NCBI GenBank assembly: GCA_963677595.1
Contig: OY782041.1
Location: forward strand, 3,648,001-3,712,000
Direction: 5' to 3'
Source: Spirochaetia bacterium
Lineage (GTDB): Bacteria > Spirochaetota > Spirochaetia > CAKZLE01
Length of the DNA stretch: 64,000 nucleotides
Numbering within the stretch: the stretch's first letter is position 1; the number at the start of each line of letters is the position of its first letter. Positions 40,434 to 49,114 of this stretch are shown one piece after another. The notes under the pieces were generated by a model. It was given only the letters and a program-made list of their open reading frames with translations, was not told the origin of the DNA and made no database searches. The position numbers and the translations under genes are program-made.

Positions 40434-41706
40434 GCTCGCTCCCGCCGATATCATCGTGGTCGGCGGGGGAATGGCCGGAGTCATCTCCGCCCTTGCGGCA
40501 GCAGACCAGGGTTCCCGGGTAGCCATAATAGAACGTGGGAGCTGTCTCGGAGGGACCTTTACCGCAAGTCTTCTCGGTGAGATGAATGCCGTGTATCATA
40601 AGGGGCGGTGTGTCGTCCCTGATACCGGCAGGAAGATCGTCGAGGAGCTGATCTCCCGGGGAGCAGGAGAAGTGCATCCTGCCCTCCCTATGACCTCTAA
40701 CCCAAGAATCAAGGTCGACCGGCTCGCCTATGACAGTGAAGTACTGAAGCTCATCCTTGATGAGGCCGTCCAAGAGTCAGGGATCCGGGTATATTTCCAG
40801 ACAGAGGCGGTCAAGGTCGAGCATATCGGTCAGCAGCAGCTGGCTATACGTCTGTCCAACGGGTATGAACAAAGGACTATAACCGGTACCATCCTGATCG
40901 ATGCGACCGGCAATGCGGAATGTTTCCGGCTGCTCGGGGGCAGAACGGTAAAGAACCCGAAGGAACGATGCCAGCCTGTGACACTCATGTTCCGCCTCGG
41001 GCATGTCGATATAGAAGAATTCCGGAAGATCTCCCCGGAGGAGATCCAGCATCTGATGCTCGAAGGTTTTGGGGCAGGGGTGCTGCCTGCACGTATCCTC
41101 TCCCTGACTGCGATCCCCGGGACCGACGAAGTGGCTGTCAACGCGACGAGGAGTATCCATGTTGATCACGAATCTGCTGAGGATGTCTCTGCTGCACTGA
41201 TGGAGACACGACAACAGGTACGGGTGATATCCTCGTACCTGAAGGAGCATGCCCGGGGATTCAGGGATTCGTTTCTGTCCTCGATAGGCTCCCAACTCGG
41301 GATCCGTGACAGGAGAAGGATCGAAGGTGTCTGTGAACTCACGGGGAAGGACCTCCTCAGCGGGAGGAGGAGTGAAGATGCAGTCGCTCTTGGGACCTAC
41401 CCGGTCGATATCCACAACAGCGAGACCCATTCGGTCGACTTTCACGAGATACCGGGGGACGGCAGGTACTATATCCCATACGGATGCATGGTCTCCGAGG
41501 AGTTCGACAACGTCATCGCTTCGGGGAAATGCATCTCCGCCGATGACACTGCCTATGGGGCAGTACGGGTCATGGGACCGCTGATGAATATCGCTGAGGT
41601 CGCCGGAACTGCAGCGAGCCTTGCCGCACGTCGCAGAATCAGCCTGAAGCAGGTCGATGTGCCTGAGCTTCAGGCAATCCTGCGGAGCAGGGGTATGGAG
41701 GTATGA
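40423..41706 (+). CDS. FAD-dependent oxidoreductase
   Basis: DIIVVGGGMAG, IDATGNA, GIRDRRRI, YYIPYGCM and GKCISAD...RVM. Confidence 0.88.
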   Translation: MKHELAPADIIVVGGGMAGVISALAAADQGSRVAIIERGSCLGGTFTASLLGEMNAVYHKGRCVVPDTGRKIVEELISRGAGEVHPALPMTSNPRIKVDRLAYDSEVLKLILDEAVQESGIRVYFQTEAVKVEHIGQQQLAIRLSNGYEQRTITGTILIDATGNAECFRLLGGRTVKNPKERCQPVTLMFRLGHVDIEEFRKISPEEIQHLMLEGFGAGVLPARILSLTAIPGTDEVAVNATRSIHVDHESAEDVSAALMETRQQVRVISSYLKEHARGFRDSFLSSIGSQLGIRDRRRIEGVCELTGKDLLSGRRSEDAVALGTYPVDIHNSETHSVDFHEIPGDGRYYIPYGCMVSEEFDNVIASGKCISADDTAYGAVRVMGPLMNIAEVAGTAASLAARRRISLKQVDVPELQAILRSRGMEV

Positions 41707-41740
41707 CAATGAGAGAGAACAACCGCAAGGAGTACTACCG

Positions 41741-43021
41741 ATGGAACTGATGATCATGCTGGTGGCATTTATCATATTTCTCTTGATGGGGGTGCCCGTC
41801 GCCATGACGATGCTCGGCTCGTCCCTCGTCTATATCTTCCTCAATCCCACGATTAACCTCGCGAATGTCACGACCCTGATCCTCAAGGGCGTGAGTGGGT
41901 ATTCCCTGCTGGCGTTGCCGTTATATATCATGGCAGGGGAGATCATGAACTCAGCAGGGATCACCCGACGGCTGTTCAACCTGCCGCTGAGCATCATCGG
42001 ACATATAAAGGGCGGTCTCGCGGTCGTGAACATCCTCGCAAGCATGCTGTTCGCCGGCATGTCGGGTGCGGCGATAGCCGATACGGCAGGGCTTGGGAAG
42101 ATAGAGCTCCAGGCAATGGAGGAAGAGGGGTATGATCGGGGATTCAGCGCGGCTATCACCGCAGCTTCTTCCACGGTTGGCCCCATCATCCCCCCGAGCA
42201 CGACCCTGATCGTGTATGCCGTCGTGGCGGAGGTCTCTGTGGCACGGCTGTTCATCGGGGGATTCCTCCCCGGCATGATCCTGGGGCTTATGATGATCCT
42301 CTACGTCCTCTTCATCGCTTCTCGTCAGTATGACTTCCCCACCCGGGCTAGACAGGACAGGAGTGAGAAGGCCCGGGCGATCAAGGAAGCCTTCTTCCCA
42401 TTGCTGACCCCCCTGATCATCATCCTGGGGATCGTCTCGGGCATCACCACTGCCACTGAGGCAGGGGCAGTCGCAGTCATCTATACCCTTGGCTTAAGCT
42501 ATTACTACAACAGGTTCTCGCTCAAGGATTTCCTCGACATCCTGAAGCGGTCCTCCTATACGACGATCAAGATCTGCTTCATCGTGATCGCCTCCGGGCT
42601 TTTCGGCTGGGTGATCACGATCGCGCAGATACCCGCGATTCTCTCTGATTTCCTGCTCACGGTCGGCATCAGCAAGTGGCTGCTGCTGATCATCATCAAT
42701 GCATGCCTGCTGCTGCTCGGCTGCTTCCTGAGCATCACCTCGTCTATCCTGATCGCCACACCGACCCTCGTCGCCCTGGCAGCCATCTATAACATCGACC
42801 TGATCCATCTGGGGATCATCATGACCCTGAACCTGACTATTGGCCTGCTCACGCCGCCTGTAGGGTGGAACCTCTATATCGTGAGTGAGCTTGCAGGTAT
42901 TTCCTTTGACAGGATGGTAAAGAGTGTGCTCCCTCTGTTGATCCCGTTATTCATAGCCTTGCTCGTCATGACCTATGTACCGGGTACGGTACTCTGGCTG
43001 CCGAACCTGCTGCTGAAGTAG
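41741..43021 (+). CDS. dctM: TRAP transporter large permease
   Basis: FAGMSGAAIAD, GPIIPPS, TATEAG and IGLLTPPVG. Confidence 0.93.
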   Translation: MELMIMLVAFIIFLLMGVPVAMTMLGSSLVYIFLNPTINLANVTTLILKGVSGYSLLALPLYIMAGEIMNSAGITRRLFNLPLSIIGHIKGGLAVVNILASMLFAGMSGAAIADTAGLGKIELQAMEEEGYDRGFSAAITAASSTVGPIIPPSTTLIVYAVVAEVSVARLFIGGFLPGMILGLMMILYVLFIASRQYDFPTRARQDRSEKARAIKEAFFPLLTPLIIILGIVSGITTATEAGAVAVIYTLGLSYYYNRFSLKDFLDILKRSSYTTIKICFIVIASGLFGWVITIAQIPAILSDFLLTVGISKWLLLIIINACLLLLGCFLSITSSILIATPTLVALAAIYNIDLIHLGIIMTLNLTIGLLTPPVGWNLYIVSELAGISFDRMVKSVLPLLIPLFIALLVMTYVPGTVLWLPNLLLK

Positions 43022-43029
43022 GAAGCTCG

Positions 43030-43722
43030 TCAATCAGAGATCTCAAGGCTGAGGTTGAGAGATGACTGCTGGGTAAGCTCCTTGAGGAGGACATTCCAGA
43101 GGACCACCAGGCCGGTGATCTCAAGGGTCTCCTCGAAGGTGGTGACCAGGCCGTAGAGAAGATTCGCTTCCCCCCTCGAGGAGGCGATCATTCCCCCGAC
43201 CAGCTCGATTCCGAGCGCCCCGCCGACATAGAGGACACCTGCAGCGAAGAGGCCGAGTTTCAGCTCCCTGGAGAGTGAGAGGTAGAATCGGAGGAGGTAG
43301 AGGGCCAAGAGCAGGAGGAGCGGGATGAAGACGACCACCCAGGAGAAATGGAAGGCCCCTGTAAAACCGAGAGCCCGCAAGGGATCGATCAGCAGTTCAT
43401 GGAGGCTGCTCAACTCATCGAGTGAGAAGAAGGTGAATATACCCGCTAGGACCTTGAACTTCCTACTTGTCTTCGGGTCCTTTGAACTCCGTACACGACC
43501 ATTAAGATAGAAGAGGAAGGCCCCGCCTGCCAGCAGGAGGGAGGAGAAGATAGTCGGTATGTTCGACTCCTTATCGAGGTTGAACTCGGGGACCAGCCCA
43601 TAGATGAACCCATGGTCGAACACGAATGTCGAGATATTGGCACCGATGCTCAGCACGACGAGTATGATCTCGATGAGTACCAGGCTGTGTATGATCCGCT
43701 TCCTGCTGTAGTACCAGTGCAT
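43030..43722 (-). CDS. Hypothetical multi-pass membrane protein
   Basis: FNLDKESNIPT, SLDELSSLHE and EETLE conserved-looking motifs; about 6 TM segments; GGAGG RBS. Confidence 0.75.
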   Translation of the reverse strand: MHWYYSRKRIIHSLVLIEIILVVLSIGANISTFVFDHGFIYGLVPEFNLDKESNIPTIFSSLLLAGGAFLFYLNGRVRSSKDPKTSRKFKVLAGIFTFFSLDELSSLHELLIDPLRALGFTGAFHFSWVVVFIPLLLLLALYLLRFYLSLSRELKLGLFAAGVLYVGGALGIELVGGMIASSRGEANLLYGLVTTFEETLEITGLVVLWNVLLKELTQQSSLNLSLEISD

Positions 43723-43856
43723 ATAACCCTCCAAATTGTTCCTGTACTGACGTAAGACAGTATACACTGCCGACAGTATTTTTCAATGTCCTTTTAGGCC
43801 AGGACTGTATGATCATCACCCTTGAAACATCCATGATCCGATGCTACTATATATGT

Positions 43857-44138
43857 ATGAGAAAAACAGTTACGTTAGATCCAGTAGTTGAGGGACTCGT
43901 TCGCGCGGCAATGCAGGAATCCAGGAAAAGTTTCAAGGAACTGGTCAATACCGCATTGCTCCATGAGTTGGCAGGATACCAGAAGAACGAAAAGCCTTTT
44001 GTGATCACAGAGACTCAAGCCATGGGTGTAAGACCTGGTATCGATGAGACTGACTTCAACAACGTTGCTGATGAGCTGGAACTTGGTTCCTTCCTTGAAG
44101 TTGCTGGGAAACTGCGAGAGGGTTGCTCAAGATCATGA
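43857..44138 (+). CDS. VapB/CopG-like ribbon-helix-helix antitoxin (orphan)
   Basis: MRKTVTLD...SFKELVNTAL and a C-terminal MGVRPGID...NNVADELE typical of VapB antitoxins. Confidence 0.7.
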   Translation: MRKTVTLDPVVEGLVRAAMQESRKSFKELVNTALLHELAGYQKNEKPFVITETQAMGVRPGIDETDFNNVADELELGSFLEVAGKLREGCSRS

Positions 44139-44198
44139 TTTCCCGGCAATAAGTGTTTCTCAAGACTGCGGAAACAGGTTGTCTTCCCCTATAAAAGA

Positions 44199-44228
44199 CA
44201 GAAGACCAGGTTTGCACCTGGTCTTCTG
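44199..44228 (-). terminator. Terminator downstream of tRNA-Arg
   Basis: CAGAAGACCAGG-N6-CCTGGTCTTCTG perfect stem followed by TCTTTT on the minus strand. Confidence 0.8.
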
Positions 44229-44232
44229 CAGT

Positions 44233-44306
44233 TGAGCGAGGCGGGATTCGAACCCACGACTTCTACCTCCGGAGGGTAGCGCTCTATCCAACTGAGCTAC
44301 CCACCC
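44233..44306 (-). tRNA. tRNA-Arg(CCG)
   Basis: GGGTGGGTAGCTCAGTTGGATAGAGCG-CTACC-CTCCGGA-GGTAG...GTTCGAATCC; CCA not encoded. Confidence 0.93.
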
Positions 44307-44454
44307 AACGAAACCTAAGCTGAATCATAACCGATTTCTGATTCCCCGGTCAAGAGAATTGACGAATTCAGTCGATAAGTGCTGAGAATTTATGCGGTGA
44401 GAAGGAACTGTATGGTGAATGCATGGTTGGGAGTGGGTTAGGAAGAATGGAGAT

Positions 44455-44526
44455 AGCCAAAGGTGGGATTCGGACCCACGGCCTACGCTTTACGAGAGCG
44501 TTGCTCTACCCCTGAGCTACTTTGGC
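44455..44526 (-). tRNA. tRNA-Thr(CGT)
   Basis: GCCAAAG/CTTTGGC acceptor stem, ACGCT-CTCGTAA-AGCGT anticodon arm; T-loop reads TCCGAAT. Confidence 0.9.
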
Positions 44527-44648
44527 TTGACTGTCCATTAAATTAGTAAAAATCATAATAAATTGCAACCCCCTTCAGGCTTGACCAAACAGCAATAAAT
44601 AACTAGGTTTTAAGGAGAATAGCGCATCTGAGTTTTTAGGAGAGAGTT

Positions 44649-44861
44649 CTGGAAGATAAGACAAAGAAAGAGCTGCTGGCTGCATTGGAATCTATGGATC
44701 CGGCCAGTCTTCAGCCCAATCAGCGTCGCCCTGTACGGGGCGGTATCATATGGTCGGAGAACGTCGCGAAGTTCATCCTTGATATCTACCCCGATATCTT
44801 GGAGAGCGATATGGATATGTTCGACCTGGTCAGGATCATAAACGGGAAATACGAACTATGA
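44649..44861 (+). CDS. Small hypothetical protein (70 aa, CTG start) coupled to tsaD
   Basis: AGGAG RBS 6 nt before a CTG; open frame LEDKTKKELLAALESMDP...IINGKYEL*; its TGA overlaps the tsaD ATG. Confidence 0.6.
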   Translation: MEDKTKKELLAALESMDPASLQPNQRRPVRGGIIWSENVAKFILDIYPDILESDMDMFDLVRIINGKYEL

Positions 44862-45871
44862 TCGTACTCGGCATCGAGTCCTCCTGCGACGAGTGTTCCG
44901 TCGCGCTCGTGGAGGACGGTAAACGTATCCTGAGCAATGTGGTAGCGACCCAGATCGACCTCCACCGACCCTATAACGGGGTCGTTCCCGAGATCGCCTC
45001 ACGGCTCCATACCGAATGGATCGTCTCGGTCTATAAGGAAGCCATAGAGAAAGCAGGGATAGCCCCCACTGAGATCGACGGCATCGCCGTCACCAACAGA
45101 CCCGGCCTCGTGGGTTCGCTCCTGGTGGGCTTGAGCTTCGCCAAGGGGCTGTCAGTGAGCCTCGGCATCCCGTTCATCGGGATAGACCATATCAGGGCGC
45201 ATCTCTACGCACCCCACATCGAGCATGACATACCGTACCCATACCTCGGGGTCCTCCTCTCAGGGGGGCATACCGTCATCGCCAGGGTGAACGGCTTCGA
45301 TGATATCGACGTCATGGGCACCACCATCGATGATGCGATAGGCGAAGCCTTCGACAAGGTAGCGAAGCATTACGGCTTCGGCTATCCCGGCGGCGTCATC
45401 ATCGACAGGATGGCAGCCGATGGGGATGACCATGCTTTCGACTTCCCCGATGCCTCGCTCCATAAGGGGGACCATCGCTATGATGTCTCCTATTCAGGGC
45501 TCAAGACGGCGGTGATCAACCAGCTCGACAAGTTCTGGGACGGGAAGTCGGAGAAGAGCCCGGAGAATATCGCGGCGTCGTTCCAGCGGGCCGCAGTCGA
45601 GATCCTGATGCGAAGGATCAGGAAGGCTGTCGGCGATACCGGCCTGAAGCGTATCGTCGCCGGGGGCGGGGTCGCCGCGAACTCCCTGGTGCGTTCACGG
45701 CTCGCGTCGATGAGGGGGATGGATGTCTACTACCCGTCATTGGGGCTCTGCACCGATAACGGTGCCATGATAGCCGCGATAGGATACCGATACCTGAAAG
45801 AGGGGATCACCTCCCCGATAGCAGAGAATGCCTCGCCGCGGGTGACGGCTTTCAAGAGAACATACCCCTAG
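44858..45871 (+). CDS. tsaD: tRNA threonylcarbamoyltransferase TsaD
   Basis: LGIESSCDE, GVVPEIASRLH, HIRAH, SGGHT, DDAIGEAFDK and TDNGAMIA. Confidence 0.97.
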   Translation: MIVLGIESSCDECSVALVEDGKRILSNVVATQIDLHRPYNGVVPEIASRLHTEWIVSVYKEAIEKAGIAPTEIDGIAVTNRPGLVGSLLVGLSFAKGLSVSLGIPFIGIDHIRAHLYAPHIEHDIPYPYLGVLLSGGHTVIARVNGFDDIDVMGTTIDDAIGEAFDKVAKHYGFGYPGGVIIDRMAADGDDHAFDFPDASLHKGDHRYDVSYSGLKTAVINQLDKFWDGKSEKSPENIAASFQRAAVEILMRRIRKAVGDTGLKRIVAGGGVAANSLVRSRLASMRGMDVYYPSLGLCTDNGAMIAAIGYRYLKEGITSPIAENASPRVTAFKRTYP

Positions 45872-45887
45872 GGGCAGGAGAGATAAG

Positions 45888-46424
45888 ATGAGTGCAGAAC
45901 AGTTCAACCTTGATGATGCGATACGGAAAGTGAAGGATTTCCCCAAACCAGGGATCCTCTTCTATGATATCACGAGTATCCTCGCGAACCCGACGGCGTT
46001 CTCCTGGTGCCTAGATCGGATGGTCGAGATCTATAGGGAACGCAAGATAGATGCTGTCGCCGGTATCGAGGCAAGGGGATTCCTCTTCGCAGCCCCCCTG
46101 GCTGAACGGCTGCAGATCCCGCTGATCCTGGTCAGGAAGAAGGGGAAACTGCCCGGTGAGACCTACGAGAAACGCTTCCAGCTGGAGTATGGTGAGGATG
46201 TGATACAGATTCACAAGGCCGACATCAAGGAGGGTGAGAACATCCTCATCATCGATGACCTGATCGCTACTGGCGGGACGGTGAAGGCTGCAGCGGAACT
46301 CTTCACCGAGGCAGGGGCCCAGGTGCATGAGGTCTTCTGCGTGATCGGGCTGCCGTTCCTCCCCTATAAAGAGGTCCTGTCTGACTATACCGTGACGACA
46401 TTGATCGAGTACGACAGCGAATAA
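45888..46424 (+). CDS. apt: Adenine phosphoribosyltransferase
   Basis: DFPKPGILFYDI, EARGF, RKKGKLP, LEYG and IIDDLIATGGT. Confidence 0.97.
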   Translation: MSAEQFNLDDAIRKVKDFPKPGILFYDITSILANPTAFSWCLDRMVEIYRERKIDAVAGIEARGFLFAAPLAERLQIPLILVRKKGKLPGETYEKRFQLEYGEDVIQIHKADIKEGENILIIDDLIATGGTVKAAAELFTEAGAQVHEVFCVIGLPFLPYKEVLSDYTVTTLIEYDSE

Positions 46425-46466
46425 CGGTTTTTTTCCCGGGGTACCGAATAATCTTCTCCAAGGTTA

Positions 46467-46495
46467 TTGACAAAAACTGAGGCTTTTAGTACATT
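46467..46495 (+). promoter_or_regulatory. Sigma70 promoter for the tRNA-Gln/tRNA-Glu pair
   Basis: TTGACA-N17-TACATT about 20 nt upstream of tRNA-Gln. Confidence 0.75.
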
Positions 46496-46514
46496 AGCGC
46501 AGTATTAAGAACTT

Positions 46515-46585
46515 TGGCCGATAGTGTAATGGTAGCACCGCAGATTCTGGTTCTGCTTGTGAGGGTTCAAATCCTTCTCGGCCAG
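46515..46585 (+). tRNA. tRNA-Gln(CTG)
   Basis: TGGCCGA/TCGGCCA acceptor stem, GCAGA-TTCTGGT-TCTGC anticodon arm, GGTTCAAATCC. Confidence 0.95.
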
Positions 46586-46599
46586 CTTTTTACAGATAT

Positions 46600-46671
46600 G
46601 GTCCCTTCGTCTATCGGCTAGGATGGAAGATTCTCAGTCTTCAGAGAGGGGTTCGATTCCCCTAGGGACTA
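46600..46671 (+). tRNA. tRNA-Glu(CTC)
   Basis: GGTCCCT/AGGGACT acceptor stem, GAAGA-TTCTCAG-TCTTC anticodon arm, GGTTCGATTCC. Confidence 0.95.
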
Positions 46672-46679
46672 TACAAGCT

Positions 46680-46707
46680 GCCAGCCTTTACGGGCTGGCT
46701 TTTTTTT
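46680..46707 (+). terminator. Terminator after the tRNA pair
   Basis: GCCAGCCT-TTAC-GGGCTGGC stem followed by T8. Confidence 0.85.
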
Positions 46708-46733
46708 CGAAGACGAACGTCGAGGTACCAGTC

Positions 46734-48368
46734 ATGATCACAGTCACAGAATTAGCGTTGTCATTCGGGAACAGGGCACTGTTCAAGAATGTGAATATCA
46801 AGTTCACCCCGGGAAACTGCTACGGGGTCATCGGGGCGAACGGCTCCGGTAAGTCCACCTTCCTCAAGATCCTCTCAGGGGACCTGGAACAGGATACGGG
46901 AACGATCAACATCACTCCCGGTGAGCGTATGGCAGTCCTGCAGCAGGACCACTATGCGTTCAATGAGTATACCGTCATGCAGACGGTCATCATGGGCTTC
47001 AAGAAGCTCTATGACATCATGATCGAACGCGACGCGATCTACCTGAAGGAGGACTTCACCGAAGAGGACGGCATCAGGGCCGCGGAGCTCGAGACCGACT
47101 TCGCTGAACTCGGCGGCTGGGAGGCTGAAGCCGAAGCGGGCGCCATGCTCGCAGGCCTCGGTATCAGCGTCGATGTGCACGAGAAGCTCATGTCCGATGT
47201 GGAAGATAACGTGAAGGTCCGTGTCCTGCTTGCCCAGGCACTCTTCGGCAACCCCGATATCCTCCTGCTCGATGAGCCTACCAACCACCTTGACCTGGAA
47301 TCGATCAACTGGCTGGAGGACTTCCTGCTCAACTTCAACAATACCGTCATCGTCGTGTCCCACGACCGACACTTCCTTAACAAGGTGACCACCCACATCG
47401 TCGATATCGACTTCGGGAAGATCCAGCTCTATGTCGGTAACTACGACTTCTGGTATATGGCCTCACAATTGGCTAACAGGCAGCGTCGCGATGAGAAGAA
47501 GAAGCGTGAGGACAAGATCGCGGAACTCAAGGAGTTCATCCAGCGGTTCAGTTCCAACGCCTCCAAGGCGCGGCAGGCCACGAGCCGGAAGAAGCTCATC
47601 GACAAACTCACCATAGATGATATTAAGCCCTCATCGCGAAGGTTCCCCTATGTGGCGTTCAAGCCTGACAGGGAGTGCGGCAACATCATCCTCGAGATCA
47701 AGAACATAACGAAGACCATCGATGGGGAGAAGGTGCTCGATAACTTCTCCATGACTGTCCAGCGGGATGAGAAGATAGCCTTCGTCGGGACGAACCACCT
47801 CGCGAAGAGTACGCTCTTCGAGATCATCACCGGCAACATGGAGCCTGACGAGGGGAGTTATGACTGGGGTGTGACGATCACGCCCGAATATTACCCCAAG
47901 GATAATTCCTCCTACTTCGACAAGGACTACAGCATCACCGACTGGCTGCGGCAGTTCTCCGTGGAGAAGGATGATACTTATATCAGGAGCTTCCTCGGCA
48001 GGATGCTCTTCTCCGGCGACGAGGCCCTGAAGAGCTGTACGGTCCTCTCAGGGGGCGAGAAGGTGCGCTGCATGCTCTCGAAGCTGATGCTCTCCGGGGC
48101 GAACGCCCTGGTATTCGATGAGCCGACGAACCACCTCGACCTCGAGTCGATCACGGCCTTGAACAACGGCCTCATCGACTTCACCGGCGTCATCCTCTTC
48201 GCCAGCCACGACCACCAGTTCGTGGATACGGTAGCGAACAGGATCATCGAGTTCACCCCTGGCGGGATCATCGACAGGCTCATGAAGTTCGATGAGTACC
48301 TCGTCGATGAGGATGTGAACGCACTTCGTGACAGCCTCTACCACGGCCACTCAAGCGTAGCCATCTGA
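46734..48368 (+). CDS. ABC-F family ATPase (YbiT/YkpA-like)
   Basis: Two ABC domains (GANGSGKST, LLLDEPTNHLD; LSGGEK, DEPTNHLD), no TM segment, linker ASKARQATSR. Confidence 0.93.
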   Translation: MITVTELALSFGNRALFKNVNIKFTPGNCYGVIGANGSGKSTFLKILSGDLEQDTGTINITPGERMAVLQQDHYAFNEYTVMQTVIMGFKKLYDIMIERDAIYLKEDFTEEDGIRAAELETDFAELGGWEAEAEAGAMLAGLGISVDVHEKLMSDVEDNVKVRVLLAQALFGNPDILLLDEPTNHLDLESINWLEDFLLNFNNTVIVVSHDRHFLNKVTTHIVDIDFGKIQLYVGNYDFWYMASQLANRQRRDEKKKREDKIAELKEFIQRFSSNASKARQATSRKKLIDKLTIDDIKPSSRRFPYVAFKPDRECGNIILEIKNITKTIDGEKVLDNFSMTVQRDEKIAFVGTNHLAKSTLFEIITGNMEPDEGSYDWGVTITPEYYPKDNSSYFDKDYSITDWLRQFSVEKDDTYIRSFLGRMLFSGDEALKSCTVLSGGEKVRCMLSKLMLSGANALVFDEPTNHLDLESITALNNGLIDFTGVILFASHDHQFVDTVANRIIEFTPGGIIDRLMKFDEYLVDEDVNALRDSLYHGHSSVAI

Positions 48369-48466
48369 CAGCGGAGGCGATAGACGGAAGAAGCGGGGTC
48401 CTGTACGAGACAGTTCCCCGCCTTTCGGCCTGGGTCAGTCGATGTGTTGCAGGGCCTTTTCGGACC

Positions 48467-49012
48467 TCACAATGAACGGATGATCATGTCCTCCTTCTTT
48501 GCTGACATGTAGACGTCTTTGAACGATCTTCTTATATTGGAGCCGAACGAAATATCACGATTCCCCATGATTCCATTGGGGATGATCACGTCCCTGAAGG
48601 GCATGAAGGTGGTCGTTACCAGGATAGGAAGCGCTTGGTATGGGTATAACTCCTCCCAGCTGGACATGATGCCATGCACCTGGTAGACCTGATTATCCTT
48701 GAGGGAAATGAAGATGGACCCCTTCTTGAGATGTCGTTCAAGCAGGAAATCACCGCGGATCAATCGTTTCCAGCTCCTGATGATCTCCCTGTGTTCCTCG
48801 CTGAAGTCTTGTCCTTTCCTCGTAAGAAAGTCATCGATGACCGATACATCATCAGCCATCCTGCCGGCGATATCGTGTAATTCCTGCATGCCCAGCCTGT
48901 TTGCAGTCTGTGTATGCAGATCATATTTCTTGTTCACATAATTCAGCAGGGGCATGAACAGCCTGTAAAACAGTTTCCCATCTTCTTCTGAAAGCGTCAT
49001 CTCTTCCTCCAT
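48467..49012 (-). CDS. Hypothetical protein
   Basis: 181-aa ORF with somewhat lower GC; LERHLKKGSIFI and TTFMPFRDVII look conserved; no function recognised. Confidence 0.7.
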   Translation of the reverse strand: MEEEMTLSEEDGKLFYRLFMPLLNYVNKKYDLHTQTANRLGMQELHDIAGRMADDVSVIDDFLTRKGQDFSEEHREIIRSWKRLIRGDFLLERHLKKGSIFISLKDNQVYQVHGIMSSWEELYPYQALPILVTTTFMPFRDVIIPNGIMGNRDISFGSNIRRSFKDVYMSAKKEDMIIRSL

Positions 49013-49114
49013 TTCTGTGTGGTTAGTATTCCTTCATGTTGCGAGGTGTTCACCTCTTTCTTCTCACGATTACATGTCCATCAGTCCAGCAGTCAATCGG
49101 CTGCAGAAAGAGGA

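Noticed and set aside
46623-46733. N-terminal extension of the ABC-F ORF in the track
   Set aside because: It overlaps tRNA-Glu and its terminator; the real start is the ATG at 46734.
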